Part shown: positions 9,597-18,620 of the stretch, in pieces
Layout: every line of letters starts with the position of its first letter
How positions within the stretch are numbered: position 1 is the first letter of the stretch
The notes under the pieces: generated by a model
Databases searched by the model: none
What the model saw: the letters and a program-made list of their open reading frames with translations, nothing else
Told to the model about the DNA's origin: nothing
From: Cryomorphaceae bacterium
GTDB taxonomy: Bacteria > Bacteroidota > Bacteroidia > Flavobacteriales > Schleiferiaceae
NCBI GenBank assembly: GCA_011525035.1
Contig: WTIZ01000041.1
Coordinates: 111,998-175,997 of the forward strand
Length of the DNA: 64,000 nt
Direction: 5' to 3'
Made by a program: the position numbers and the translations under genes

Positions 9597-10442
9597 TTAG
9601 TAATCGCCTAAGGTTTCTTCGTTTTGTGCAAGTGCACTTGCCAGCTGCTCGTCGTTAGGAGCAACACCGTGCCATTTGTGGGTGCCCATCATAAAGTCGA
9701 CACCGTTACCCATTTCGGTTCTGAGTAACAAACACACAGGCTTTCCGTTGCCTAATTTTCCTTTAGCCTCAGTAATAGCTGCATCGATGGCATCAAGGTC
9801 ATTGCCTTGAGCTACATCAATCACGTCCCAACCAAATGCCTCAAATTTTGCACGAAGCGAGCCCATGGCCAATACATCGTCCGTTGAACCGTCAATCTGT
9901 TTCTCGTTGACATCTACCGCGGCGATGAGGTTATCCACCTTTTTCGCCGAAGCGTACATCGCAGCTTCCCAGATCTGTCCTTCCTGAAGCTCACCGTCAC
10001 CGTGAAGAGTAAATACGATGCTATCGTCGCCGTTCAACTTCTTGGCAGCGGCTGCACCCAAGGCAACGCTTAGGCCTTGACCTAGTGAACCAGAAGCGAT
10101 ACGGATACCTTCCAATCCCTCGTGCGTAGTAGGGTGACCTTGTAAACGTGTATTCAACTTTCTAAAAGTGGCCAATTCACTTACCTCAAAGTAACCAGCA
10201 CGGGCAAGTACCGAATACATAACGGGGCTAATGTGACCGTTTGAAAGGAAGAATACATCTTCACCTACACCGTCCATCTTGAAATCTGCAGCATTGTGGT
10301 TCATATGCTTGAAGTACAATGAAACGAGGTACTCCACACAACCTAGGGAACCACCAGGGTGTCCTGAGTTTACGGCGTGTACCATTCTAACAATGTCCCT
10401 GCGTACTTGCGATACGACGGCTTGAAGGTTTTCTTGTGACAT
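9597..10442 (-). CDS. Transketolase, N-terminal (TPP-binding) subunit of a split enzyme
   Basis: GHPGGSLG, FFLSNGH and GDGELQEGQIWEA motifs. I place the start at the ATG at 10442 (MSQENLQAV...) rather than the ORF-track 10523, whose extra 27 residues look non-coding. Confidence 0.9.
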   Translation of the reverse strand: MSQENLQAVVSQVRRDIVRMVHAVNSGHPGGSLGCVEYLVSLYFKHMNHNAADFKMDGVGEDVFFLSNGHISPVMYSVLARAGYFEVSELATFRKLNTRLQGHPTTHEGLEGIRIASGSLGQGLSVALGAAAAKKLNGDDSIVFTLHGDGELQEGQIWEAAMYASAKKVDNLIAAVDVNEKQIDGSTDDVLAMGSLRAKFEAFGWDVIDVAQGNDLDAIDAAITEAKGKLGNGKPVCLLLRTEMGNGVDFMMGTHKWHGVAPNDEQLASALAQNEETLGDY

Positions 10443-10526
10443 GAGAAATGCGTGTTTTTTATACGAACAAAAATAGGCCAATTCTAGGGGGTAGAACGAA
10501 TTAAACTCTTCCCATATATACACACG

Positions 10527-10554
10527 TTGCTAACAAGATTCTAGTATATCTTTG
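10527..10554 (+). promoter_or_regulatory. Candidate Bacteroidota-type promoter for ychF
   Basis: TTG at 10527-10529, then TATCTTTG (10547-10554), which matches the TAnnTTTG -7 consensus, 20 nt upstream of the ATG at 10574. Confidence 0.35.
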
Positions 10555-10573
10555 CCCGCCTAAAGCATCAACT

Positions 10574-11665
10574 ATGAAGTGTGGTATTGTCGGTTTACCG
10601 AACGTCGGAAAAAGTACATTGTTCAACTGTCTATCGAGCGCCAAAGCACAGGCTGCGAACTATCCATTCTGTACCATTGAGCCCAATGTGGGTCAGGTAA
10701 CCGTGCCTGATCATCGTTTGGAACGATTGGCGGAGCTCGTGAACCCTGCAAAGGTCCAGGCAGCAAATGTGGAAATCGTCGATATCGCAGGTTTAGTTCG
10801 CGGTGCTTCTAAAGGCGAAGGTTTAGGGAACCAATTTCTTGGCAACATCCGCGAGACCAATGCCATTATTCATGTCTTGAGATGCTTCGAAAATGAGAAC
10901 GTTACCCACGTGGATGGGAGTGTCGATCCTATCCGTGATAAGGAGACTATAGATATCGAATTACAGCTAAAAGACCTCGAAACTGCTGAAAAACGACTCG
11001 AAAAGGCCAAAAAAATGGCCAAAAGTGGCGAAAAAGAGGCAAAATTGAATGTTGAGACTTTGGAGCGTTTGGTGAATTTCTTGATGGAAGGAAAGAACGT
11101 TCGCGGGTTTGACCGCAACGATCGCGAAGCAGGTTTGCTCAAGGAAATGCAGCTGTTGACAGACAAGCCAGTATTGTACTTGTGTAACGTCGACGAAAGT
11201 TCAGCGAAAGAAGGCAATGCACACGTCGAAAGAGTGCGTGTCATGGCCAAAGAGGAAAATGCAGGCTGCTTGCACATTGCAGTGAGCACTGAAAGCGATA
11301 TTGCGGAATTGGAAACCTATGAAGAAAAGCAACTTTTCTTGGAAGAACTAGGTTTGGAAGACGCAGGAGTAAACCGCGTCATTCGTGCAGCCTACGACCT
11401 GCTTGAACTTCAAACTTATTTCACGGCTGGCGAGAAAGAAGTTCGTGCTTGGACCATCAAGCGTGATTTCACTGCACCGCAGGCGGCAGGAGTTATTCAC
11501 ACCGACTTTGAAAAGGGCTTTATTCGCGCTGAGGTGATTTCGTACGAAGATTACGACAATCTAGGTAGTGAACATGCTGTAAAAGAGGCAGGTAAAATGC
11601 GCGTTGAAGGCAAGGAGTACGTGGTGCAAGACGGCGACATCATGCACTTCCGTTTCAATGTTTAA
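10574..11665 (+). CDS. ychF: Redox-regulated ribosome-binding ATPase YchF
   Basis: 363 aa. GIVGLPNVGKSTLFN P-loop, the coiled-coil insert and a C-terminal TGS-like domain (VVQDGDIMHFRFNV). Confidence 0.95.
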   Translation: MKCGIVGLPNVGKSTLFNCLSSAKAQAANYPFCTIEPNVGQVTVPDHRLERLAELVNPAKVQAANVEIVDIAGLVRGASKGEGLGNQFLGNIRETNAIIHVLRCFENENVTHVDGSVDPIRDKETIDIELQLKDLETAEKRLEKAKKMAKSGEKEAKLNVETLERLVNFLMEGKNVRGFDRNDREAGLLKEMQLLTDKPVLYLCNVDESSAKEGNAHVERVRVMAKEENAGCLHIAVSTESDIAELETYEEKQLFLEELGLEDAGVNRVIRAAYDLLELQTYFTAGEKEVRAWTIKRDFTAPQAAGVIHTDFEKGFIRAEVISYEDYDNLGSEHAVKEAGKMRVEGKEYVVQDGDIMHFRFNV

Positions 11666-11747
11666 AACCTGTGTATAGAATCCTCTTTCGAGGGCTTGGA
11701 ATCGTAGTGCATCTCTTTATTTTAGGGAGCTAACGATTCCAAAAAAT

Positions 11748-13619
11748 ATGTCACAACAATCGAATTACACCGAGGACAACATCCGCTCGTTAGAGTGGGA
11801 TGAACACATCCGTTTACGTCCCGGAATGTACATCGGAAAACTGGGTGATGGAAAGTCCCCGGACGATGGTATTTATATCCTGCTGAAAGAGGTTTTGGAC
11901 AACTCCATTGACGAATTTGTCATGGGGGCTGGAAAGACCATCGAGGTTAAAATTTCGGACGGTCAAGTCATTGTTCGTGATTACGGCCGTGGTATCCCAC
12001 TGGGAAAGGTGGTTGATGTTGTGTCGAAAATCAATACTGGGGCGAAGTACGACAGCAAAGCATTTAAGAAATCCGTAGGTCTGAATGGAGTCGGGGCTAA
12101 AGCGGTGAATGCGCTGTCTACTGAATTTATCGTTCAAGCCTTCCGCGATGGAAAGACCAAACGAGCAAAATTCGAATACGGAAAGCTGACCGAAGACGAT
12201 GCCATCACGGATAGCAGTCAGCGTAAAGGAACCAAGGTGGCCTTCCGTCCGGATCCCGAGATCTTTGTGAATTACCGCTACATTCTCGAATACGTCGAGA
12301 AGATGCTCTGGAACTACGCCTACTTGAATCCGGGCTTGACGCTGTATTTGAACGGTGAGAAGTTCTACAGCGAGAACGGTCTGAAGGATTTGCTCCAAGA
12401 CAACTTAGATGGAAACACGTTGCACGACATCATTCACCTCAAGGGAGATGATATCGAGGTCGCACTGACGCACAGTGAGCGCATGCAAGGCGAACAGTTC
12501 TACAGCTTCGTCAATGGACAGCATACTACGCAAGGGGGTACACACCAAAACGCACTTCGCGAGGCGTTGGTGGCAACCATGCGTGATTTTTACGGAAAAA
12601 ATTTCGATGCTTCTGATGTTCGCAGCTGTGTCATTGGTGCGATTTCATTGAAGGTAATGGAGCCGGTCTTTGAATCTCAGACGAAGACGAAACTTGGTTC
12701 GCTTGAAATGGCTCCAGGCGAGATTCACGTTCGAACGTATGTGATCAACTTCATGAAGAAGGAGCTGGACAACTTCCTGCATAGAAATGCAGATGTTGCA
12801 GAGGCTATTTTAAAGAAGATCCAGCGTGCGGAGCGCGAGCGGAAGGACCTTCAAGGGATACGGAAGTTGGCCCGCGAGCGGGCGAAGAAGGCATCCCTCC
12901 ACAACAAAAAGTTGAGAGATTGCCGCGTGCACTTGAACGATAAGAAAGCAAGCCCAAAAGGCGATAGAAGGTTGGAGACGACACTGTTTATCACCGAGGG
13001 GGACAGTGCATCAGGATCGATTACTAAGAGTCGTGATGTGAATACACAAGCGGTATTCTCCCTGAAGGGTAAGCCGTTGAACAGCTTTGGGCTTACCAAG
13101 AAGGTGGTGTACGAAAACGAAGAATTCAACTTGTTGCAAGCCGCCTTGAATATTGAGGAAGGCCTGGACGATTTGAGATACAACAATGTGGTGATTGCTA
13201 CGGATGCGGATGTCGATGGGATGCACATCCGTCTGCTGCTGATCACCTTCTTCTTGCAGTTCTTCCCGGAATTGGTCAAAGAAGGTCACCTGTACATTCT
13301 GCAAACGCCTTTGTTCCGTGTGCGGAACAAGAAAGAAACGCGCTATTGTTACTCCGCTGAGGAAAAGAACGATGCCATCGGGTCGTTAGGGCCAAAACCA
13401 GAGATTACACGATTCAAAGGTTTGGGTGAGATTTCACCGGACGAGTTCAAGCACTTCATCGGTCAGGATATTCGCCTGGAGCCTGTGATGATCAGTAAGG
13501 ACTACCGTTCTGAAGACCTGTTGACCTTCTATATGGGTAAGAACACGCCAAAGCGTCAAGAATTTATCATTGAAAATCTAAGGGTTGAGAAAAACCTTGA
13601 AGAAGAATTTCTGAACTAA
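11748..13619 (+). CDS. parE: DNA topoisomerase IV subunit B (GyrB-family, short form)
   Basis: 623 aa. GHKL ATPase motifs ([25 protein letters not shown]), Toprim EGDSA and [12 protein letters not shown]. It lacks the long GyrB insert and is directly followed by the A subunit. Confidence 0.9.
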   Translation: MSQQSNYTEDNIRSLEWDEHIRLRPGMYIGKLGDGKSPDDGIYILLKEVLDNSIDEFVMGAGKTIEVKISDGQVIVRDYGRGIPLGKVVDVVSKINTGAKYDSKAFKKSVGLNGVGAKAVNALSTEFIVQAFRDGKTKRAKFEYGKLTEDDAITDSSQRKGTKVAFRPDPEIFVNYRYILEYVEKMLWNYAYLNPGLTLYLNGEKFYSENGLKDLLQDNLDGNTLHDIIHLKGDDIEVALTHSERMQGEQFYSFVNGQHTTQGGTHQNALREALVATMRDFYGKNFDASDVRSCVIGAISLKVMEPVFESQTKTKLGSLEMAPGEIHVRTYVINFMKKELDNFLHRNADVAEAILKKIQRAERERKDLQGIRKLARERAKKASLHNKKLRDCRVHLNDKKASPKGDRRLETTLFITEGDSASGSITKSRDVNTQAVFSLKGKPLNSFGLTKKVVYENEEFNLLQAALNIEEGLDDLRYNNVVIATDADVDGMHIRLLLITFFLQFFPELVKEGHLYILQTPLFRVRNKKETRYCYSAEEKNDAIGSLGPKPEITRFKGLGEISPDEFKHFIGQDIRLEPVMISKDYRSEDLLTFYMGKNTPKRQEFIIENLRVEKNLEEEFLN

Positions 13620-16285
13620 TGAGCGAAGAATTAGATCCACAAATGGACGGGCCTAGCCCGGAAATGCAATCGGACCAAGGGCACGAAGAAGGCACTCGTA
13701 TTACACGGGTCTCCGGGATGTACGAAGATTACTTCTTGGATTATGCTTCGTATGTAATCCTTGAGCGTGCTGTACCTGCGTTGAATGATGGTTTGAAACC
13801 TGTACAACGCCGTTTGCTTCATGCAATGAAGGAGATGGACGATGGTCGCTACCACAAGGTGGCCAATATCATTGGTCAAACCATGCGCTTTCACCCGCAC
13901 GGGGATGCTTCTATTGGAGATGCATTGGTGCAGATGGGGCAAAAAGACTTGCTCATAGATTGTCAAGGAAACTGGGGGAATATTCTTACCGGTGATGGCG
14001 CGGCTGCGCCGCGTTACATCGAGGCGCGTCTGACGAAATTTGCGTTGCACGTTGCCTACAGTCCTAAGGTGACTGACTGGCAGCTGTCATACGACGGCCG
14101 TGCGAACGAGCCATTGCACTTGCCGATGAAATTCCCAATGCTTCTTGCGATGGGTGTGGAAGGTATTGCGGTTGGTTTGAGTACGAAGATTTTACCGCAC
14201 AACTTTAACGAGCTTATTGATGCTTCGGTGAAGGTGTTGCAGGGCAAATCGTTCAAATTGGTCCCGGATTTCCCAACGGGCGGTCAAGCGGATTTCTCCA
14301 ACTATCAAGACGGTCTGCGAGGTTCTAGAGTGCGTGTTCGTGCTAAAATCTCGCAGCAGGATAAGAATACCTTGGTGATTTCGGAAATTCCATTTTCGAC
14401 CACCACACAGAGCTTGATTGATTCCATCTTGAAGGCCAACGACAAGGGGAAAATCAAGATTAAGAAGATCGAGGACAATACTGCGGAGAATGTGGAGATT
14501 CTGGTCCACCTTCCGAACGGTATCAGTCCAGATAAGACCATTGATGCGCTTTATGCCTTTACCAACTGTGAGGTAAGTATAGCGCCGCTTTCTTGTAGTA
14601 TTCATGAGGACACTCCGTTGTTCTTAGGGGTATCTGATATCCTACGTCGTTCTACGGAAGCTACCAAGCAGGTATTGAAGGCCGAGCTTGAGATTCGATT
14701 GGGTGAGCTTCAGGAACAATGGCATTTTGCATCTCTTGAGCGCATCTTTATTGAAAAGAAAATCTACCGCGATATTGAGGAGGCCGAGACTTGGGAGCAA
14801 GTTCTTGAGTTTATAGAAAAAGGTCTCAAGCCACACATTGGCCATTTGATGCGTGAAGTGACTCAAGAGGATATTGTCCGATTGACTGAAATCAAGATCA
14901 AGCGCATATCGAAGTTCGATACGGATAAGGCGAACGATAAGATTCTTGAACTAGAAGGAAAAATCGATGCTGTTAAGCACGATTTGGCACACTTGGTTGA
15001 GTTCGCTATTGCCTACTTTAAAGACCTGAAGGCCAAATTTGGCAAAGGACGAGAGCGCAAGACAGAGATTGCCACCTTTGATAGCGTGGAAGCTTCGAAA
15101 GTGGTCATCCGTAACCAAAAACTCTACGTCAATAGAGAGGAAGGCTTCGTCGGTACTGCCATGAAGCGTGACGAATATGTGGCCGATTGTTCGGACATTG
15201 ATGACATCATCGTCATTCGTCGTGACGGAAAGTATTCGGTGAGCAAGGTGAAAGACAAGGCATTCTTCGGAAAGGATATTTTGCACGTCGCTGTCTGGAA
15301 GAAAGGCGACGAACGAACGGTATACAATGCCATTTATTTAGACGGAAAATCTAAGGTGAGCTATGTGAAGCGTTTCATCGTGAAATCAATCACCCGAGAC
15401 CGCGAGTACGACATCACCCAGGGTTATGCAAATTCTAAAATCACCTACCTGACTGTGAATCCTAATGGAGAAGCAGAGAAGGTTCAGGTGTTGTTGCGTC
15501 AACTTGCGAAGCTGAAAAAATTGAAAATTGACCTTGACTTCGCAGATCTAGCCATTAAAGGTCGTGCTTCTAAAGGAAACATAGTGACCAAGTTCCCGGT
15601 GAAGCGTATCGAGCTTAAGGAGAAGGGTGAGAGTACCCTTGAGGCACGTAAGGTATGGTTTGACCCTACTGTACAACGATTGAACAGTGACGAACGCGGC
15701 CGCTTGTTAGGAAGCTTCAAAGGCGAAGACAGGTTGCTCATTGGTCTGAAGAACGGAACTCTCAAAGTGGTCGTACCGGAATTGTCCCTGCATTTCGATA
15801 CAGATATGATTTACCTCGAAAAACTCGAAACCGACCGTCCTATTAGCGCGGTATATTTTGACGGCGAGAAAGCGCGGTATTTTGTGAAGCGCTTCGAATG
15901 GGAGGGTGGTGACCGAGAAACGAACATCATTACGGCCCATGCGAAAAGTGAGCTAAGTTATCTGTCGAATGCAACCCAACCGGTGATTGAGATGGTCTAC
16001 CGCAAACAAGGGGGACAAGCGAAAGATCCTGAGAAAGTAATACTCAGTGAGTTTATCACGGTGAAAGGTATTTCAGCAAAGGGCAATCAACTCACCACCG
16101 ATACGCTCAACAAGATCGTAGGTTTGGACCCATTGCCTGAACCAGAGCCACAAACTGCTGTTGAAGTCAGTGAACCTGTGTTGGATGGTCCAATTGTTGA
16201 GGATACACCTCCAGCTGCAGCTCCTCCGCCACCCAAACCGTTTGAAGGGGAGGACGAGCCGCCACAGATAACTTTAGACTTTTAA
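13619..16285 (+). CDS. parC: DNA topoisomerase IV subunit A
   Basis: 888 aa. The start overlaps the parE stop (TAATG). DGLKPVQRRLL, the active-site region AAPRYIEARL and a Pro-rich C-terminal tail. Confidence 0.9.
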   Translation: MSEELDPQMDGPSPEMQSDQGHEEGTRITRVSGMYEDYFLDYASYVILERAVPALNDGLKPVQRRLLHAMKEMDDGRYHKVANIIGQTMRFHPHGDASIGDALVQMGQKDLLIDCQGNWGNILTGDGAAAPRYIEARLTKFALHVAYSPKVTDWQLSYDGRANEPLHLPMKFPMLLAMGVEGIAVGLSTKILPHNFNELIDASVKVLQGKSFKLVPDFPTGGQADFSNYQDGLRGSRVRVRAKISQQDKNTLVISEIPFSTTTQSLIDSILKANDKGKIKIKKIEDNTAENVEILVHLPNGISPDKTIDALYAFTNCEVSIAPLSCSIHEDTPLFLGVSDILRRSTEATKQVLKAELEIRLGELQEQWHFASLERIFIEKKIYRDIEEAETWEQVLEFIEKGLKPHIGHLMREVTQEDIVRLTEIKIKRISKFDTDKANDKILELEGKIDAVKHDLAHLVEFAIAYFKDLKAKFGKGRERKTEIATFDSVEASKVVIRNQKLYVNREEGFVGTAMKRDEYVADCSDIDDIIVIRRDGKYSVSKVKDKAFFGKDILHVAVWKKGDERTVYNAIYLDGKSKVSYVKRFIVKSITRDREYDITQGYANSKITYLTVNPNGEAEKVQVLLRQLAKLKKLKIDLDFADLAIKGRASKGNIVTKFPVKRIELKEKGESTLEARKVWFDPTVQRLNSDERGRLLGSFKGEDRLLIGLKNGTLKVVVPELSLHFDTDMIYLEKLETDRPISAVYFDGEKARYFVKRFEWEGGDRETNIITAHAKSELSYLSNATQPVIEMVYRKQGGQAKDPEKVILSEFITVKGISAKGNQLTTDTLNKIVGLDPLPEPEPQTAVEVSEPVLDGPIVEDTPPAAAPPPPKPFEGEDEPPQITLDF

Positions 16286-16286
16286 C

Positions 16287-17882
16287 ATGAGAAAAATACT
16301 CCTCCTACTTACCCTAGCCTTAGGAGGCTTTGTATTCGGTCAATCAAGCTTAAATATGTCATTACTGGGTCGTGCGACCTACATGAATGACAATAGTGAT
16401 ATCTGGGGATATACCGACTCTGTTGGGACGGAATATGCCCTAGTGGGTACCACCGCGGGAGTGAGTATTGTTGATATCAGCGGCAATCAGCCTCAGAAAA
16501 AGCAATTTATTCAAGGTCCATATAGTATATGGCGTGATTTGAAGACCTGGGAGCACTATGCCTATGTCACTCACGATAATCCTTTTGCGTGGAATACCAT
16601 TCCTGAACACGGATTATTGATTATTGACCTCGATAGTGTGAATCAAGCGACACCGAGGTACAAAACGATCAACTATGCCATTCCGGATACCTTGGGCGGG
16701 TACGATACGCTCAAGACTGCGCACAATCTGTACATCGATGAAAACGGTTACTGCTACCTTTTTGGGGCAAATATTCGCGAGGGTGGGGCACTCATCTTTG
16801 ATTTGAATGACGATCCGTGGAATCCTACTTACGTAGGCATGTGGGATACGTACTACCTCCACGACGGTATGGTTCGAGGAGATACCTTATGGGGTTCTGC
16901 CGTTTACGAAGGCCTTTATGTCGTGGTAGATGTAGCGGCCAAAGACAGCGCCTATATGATGGCATCAAAGGGCACACCAAATGCTTTTACCCACAATACT
17001 TGGATCAGCGACGACAACCAAACGTTGTTCACTACGGATGAGGTAGGCGGTGCATTCTTAACAGCTTACGATGTGAGCGATTTGTCGAACATGACAGAAT
17101 TGGACCGTATTCAATCCTTACCCGGCACTACAGTGATTCCGCACAATGCCCACGTCTACGGGCAATGGGTAGTTACTTCCTATTACACCTCGGGCGTTCA
17201 GATAGTGGATGCAAAGTTTCCTGAGCTTCTTGTCGAGGTGGGCTATTACGATACTTCGCCAAATTATTTCGGAAACGGCTTCAACGGAAATTGGGGCGCT
17301 TATCCGTATTTCCAATCTGAAAAAATCATTTGTTCCGATATCGAAGAGGGGCTGTTTGTTTTAGAGCCTGAATATGTGAGTGCCTCTCGTGTTCACGTTC
17401 AAGTGGTGGACAGCATTACAGGAGCACCCCTGAGCAACGCCATTGTAGAGTTCGACGTTGCGGATATCGACGGCCTCAGTAGCATCGATGGATTAGCGGA
17501 TTTAGGAACGCCTCTAAGCGGTGGTGACTCTGTGTCCATTTCGCTCAGTGGTTTTGTTACGGCGGACCTGGCCTACAATTGGCTTCCTGGAGTATTTGAT
17601 ACGCTCCGAGTGGCGTTGTTAAACGTCAATAATATTGGTATTGATGACGAGCAGTTGCCTGCAATCACCATGTACCCAAATCCTTCTAATGGATCCATTC
17701 ACCTTGCTGGTTTAGATCGCGCGAACTATGTGCTAACTGATCTAAGCGGAAGGGTACTAGAAAGAGGCACCGTCCATGAAGAAGTCATGCAGCTACGCGG
17801 CAGCTATGCTTCCGGACAATACCTCTTGAAAGTCGTATCGAATAAAGGGATACATTCCTTCCCGCTGATACTACAGCCTTAG
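16287..17882 (+). CDS. Choice-of-anchor B / LVIVD-repeat beta-propeller protein with T9SS C-terminal sorting domain
   Basis: Signal peptide MRKILLLLTLALGGFVFGQ. N-terminal pattern LLGR...IWGYTDSVGTEYALVG...SIVDISG...WRDLKTWEHYAYV. C-terminus MYPNPSNGSIHL...GQYLLKVVSNKG. The ATG is 1 nt after the parC stop. Confidence 0.75.
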   Translation: MRKILLLLTLALGGFVFGQSSLNMSLLGRATYMNDNSDIWGYTDSVGTEYALVGTTAGVSIVDISGNQPQKKQFIQGPYSIWRDLKTWEHYAYVTHDNPFAWNTIPEHGLLIIDLDSVNQATPRYKTINYAIPDTLGGYDTLKTAHNLYIDENGYCYLFGANIREGGALIFDLNDDPWNPTYVGMWDTYYLHDGMVRGDTLWGSAVYEGLYVVVDVAAKDSAYMMASKGTPNAFTHNTWISDDNQTLFTTDEVGGAFLTAYDVSDLSNMTELDRIQSLPGTTVIPHNAHVYGQWVVTSYYTSGVQIVDAKFPELLVEVGYYDTSPNYFGNGFNGNWGAYPYFQSEKIICSDIEEGLFVLEPEYVSASRVHVQVVDSITGAPLSNAIVEFDVADIDGLSSIDGLADLGTPLSGGDSVSISLSGFVTADLAYNWLPGVFDTLRVALLNVNNIGIDDEQLPAITMYPNPSNGSIHLAGLDRANYVLTDLSGRVLERGTVHEEVMQLRGSYASGQYLLKVVSNKGIHSFPLILQP

Positions 17883-18565
17883 AAATTGGTAGTATAGCCT
17901 TTCTCTTGGTAGAAGTCTTCAATGATTTCTACGACCTGATCTGCATCGTTGGCGATGCGAATGAGATCTGTGTCGTTAGGGCTGATTTTCCCTGTCCCTT
18001 TTAAGGTAGTATCTACCCAATTTTTCAGGCCTTCCCAGAACTCTGCACCGTAGAGGATGATAGGGAAGCGGTCAATCTTACCCGTTTGAACCAGCGTTAT
18101 CGCTTCAAACAACTCGTCGAGTGTACCAAAACCTCCCGGCATGACTACAAACGCTTGGCTGTATTTGACGAACATGACCTTGCGGGCGAAGAAATAGTCG
18201 AAGTTCAGGTTTTTGTCCGGGTCAATGTATGGATTGCTGCTCTGCTCAAAGGGCAAATCGATGTTCAGTCCAACGCTCGGTCCAGATCCTTTTTGGGCAC
18301 CCTTATTGGCAGCTTCCATAATACCAGGACCGCCACCTGTAATGATGCCAAAGCCCTTTTTCGTCAGTTTCTCGGCGATATCTGTCGCCGCTTGAAGGTA
18401 TTGCGGCTCAGTAGCGTCCGTTCTTGCCGATCCAAAGATGCTCACACAAGGGCCGATGCGGCGCAGGCTCTCATAGCCTTCCACAAATTCAGACATGATC
18501 TTAAACAACGCCCAACTGTCGTCGGATTTAATCTCAGTCCAGGTTTTACGTTTCATTGTATTCAT
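17879..18565 (-). CDS. LOG family protein (TIGR00730; nucleotide 5'-monophosphate nucleosidase-like)
   Basis: 228 aa. GGGPGIMEAANKGA and the PGGFGTLDELFE motif. Confidence 0.9.
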   Translation of the reverse strand: MNTMKRKTWTEIKSDDSWALFKIMSEFVEGYESLRRIGPCVSIFGSARTDATEPQYLQAATDIAEKLTKKGFGIITGGGPGIMEAANKGAQKGSGPSVGLNIDLPFEQSSNPYIDPDKNLNFDYFFARKVMFVKYSQAFVVMPGGFGTLDELFEAITLVQTGKIDRFPIILYGAEFWEGLKNWVDTTLKGTGKISPNDTDLIRIANDADQVVEIIEDFYQEKGYTTNF

Positions 18566-18620
18566 AGGTAATAGGTTTATTACCCAATAAGGTACATAAA
18601 TCGTACCGACTTCTAGACGC

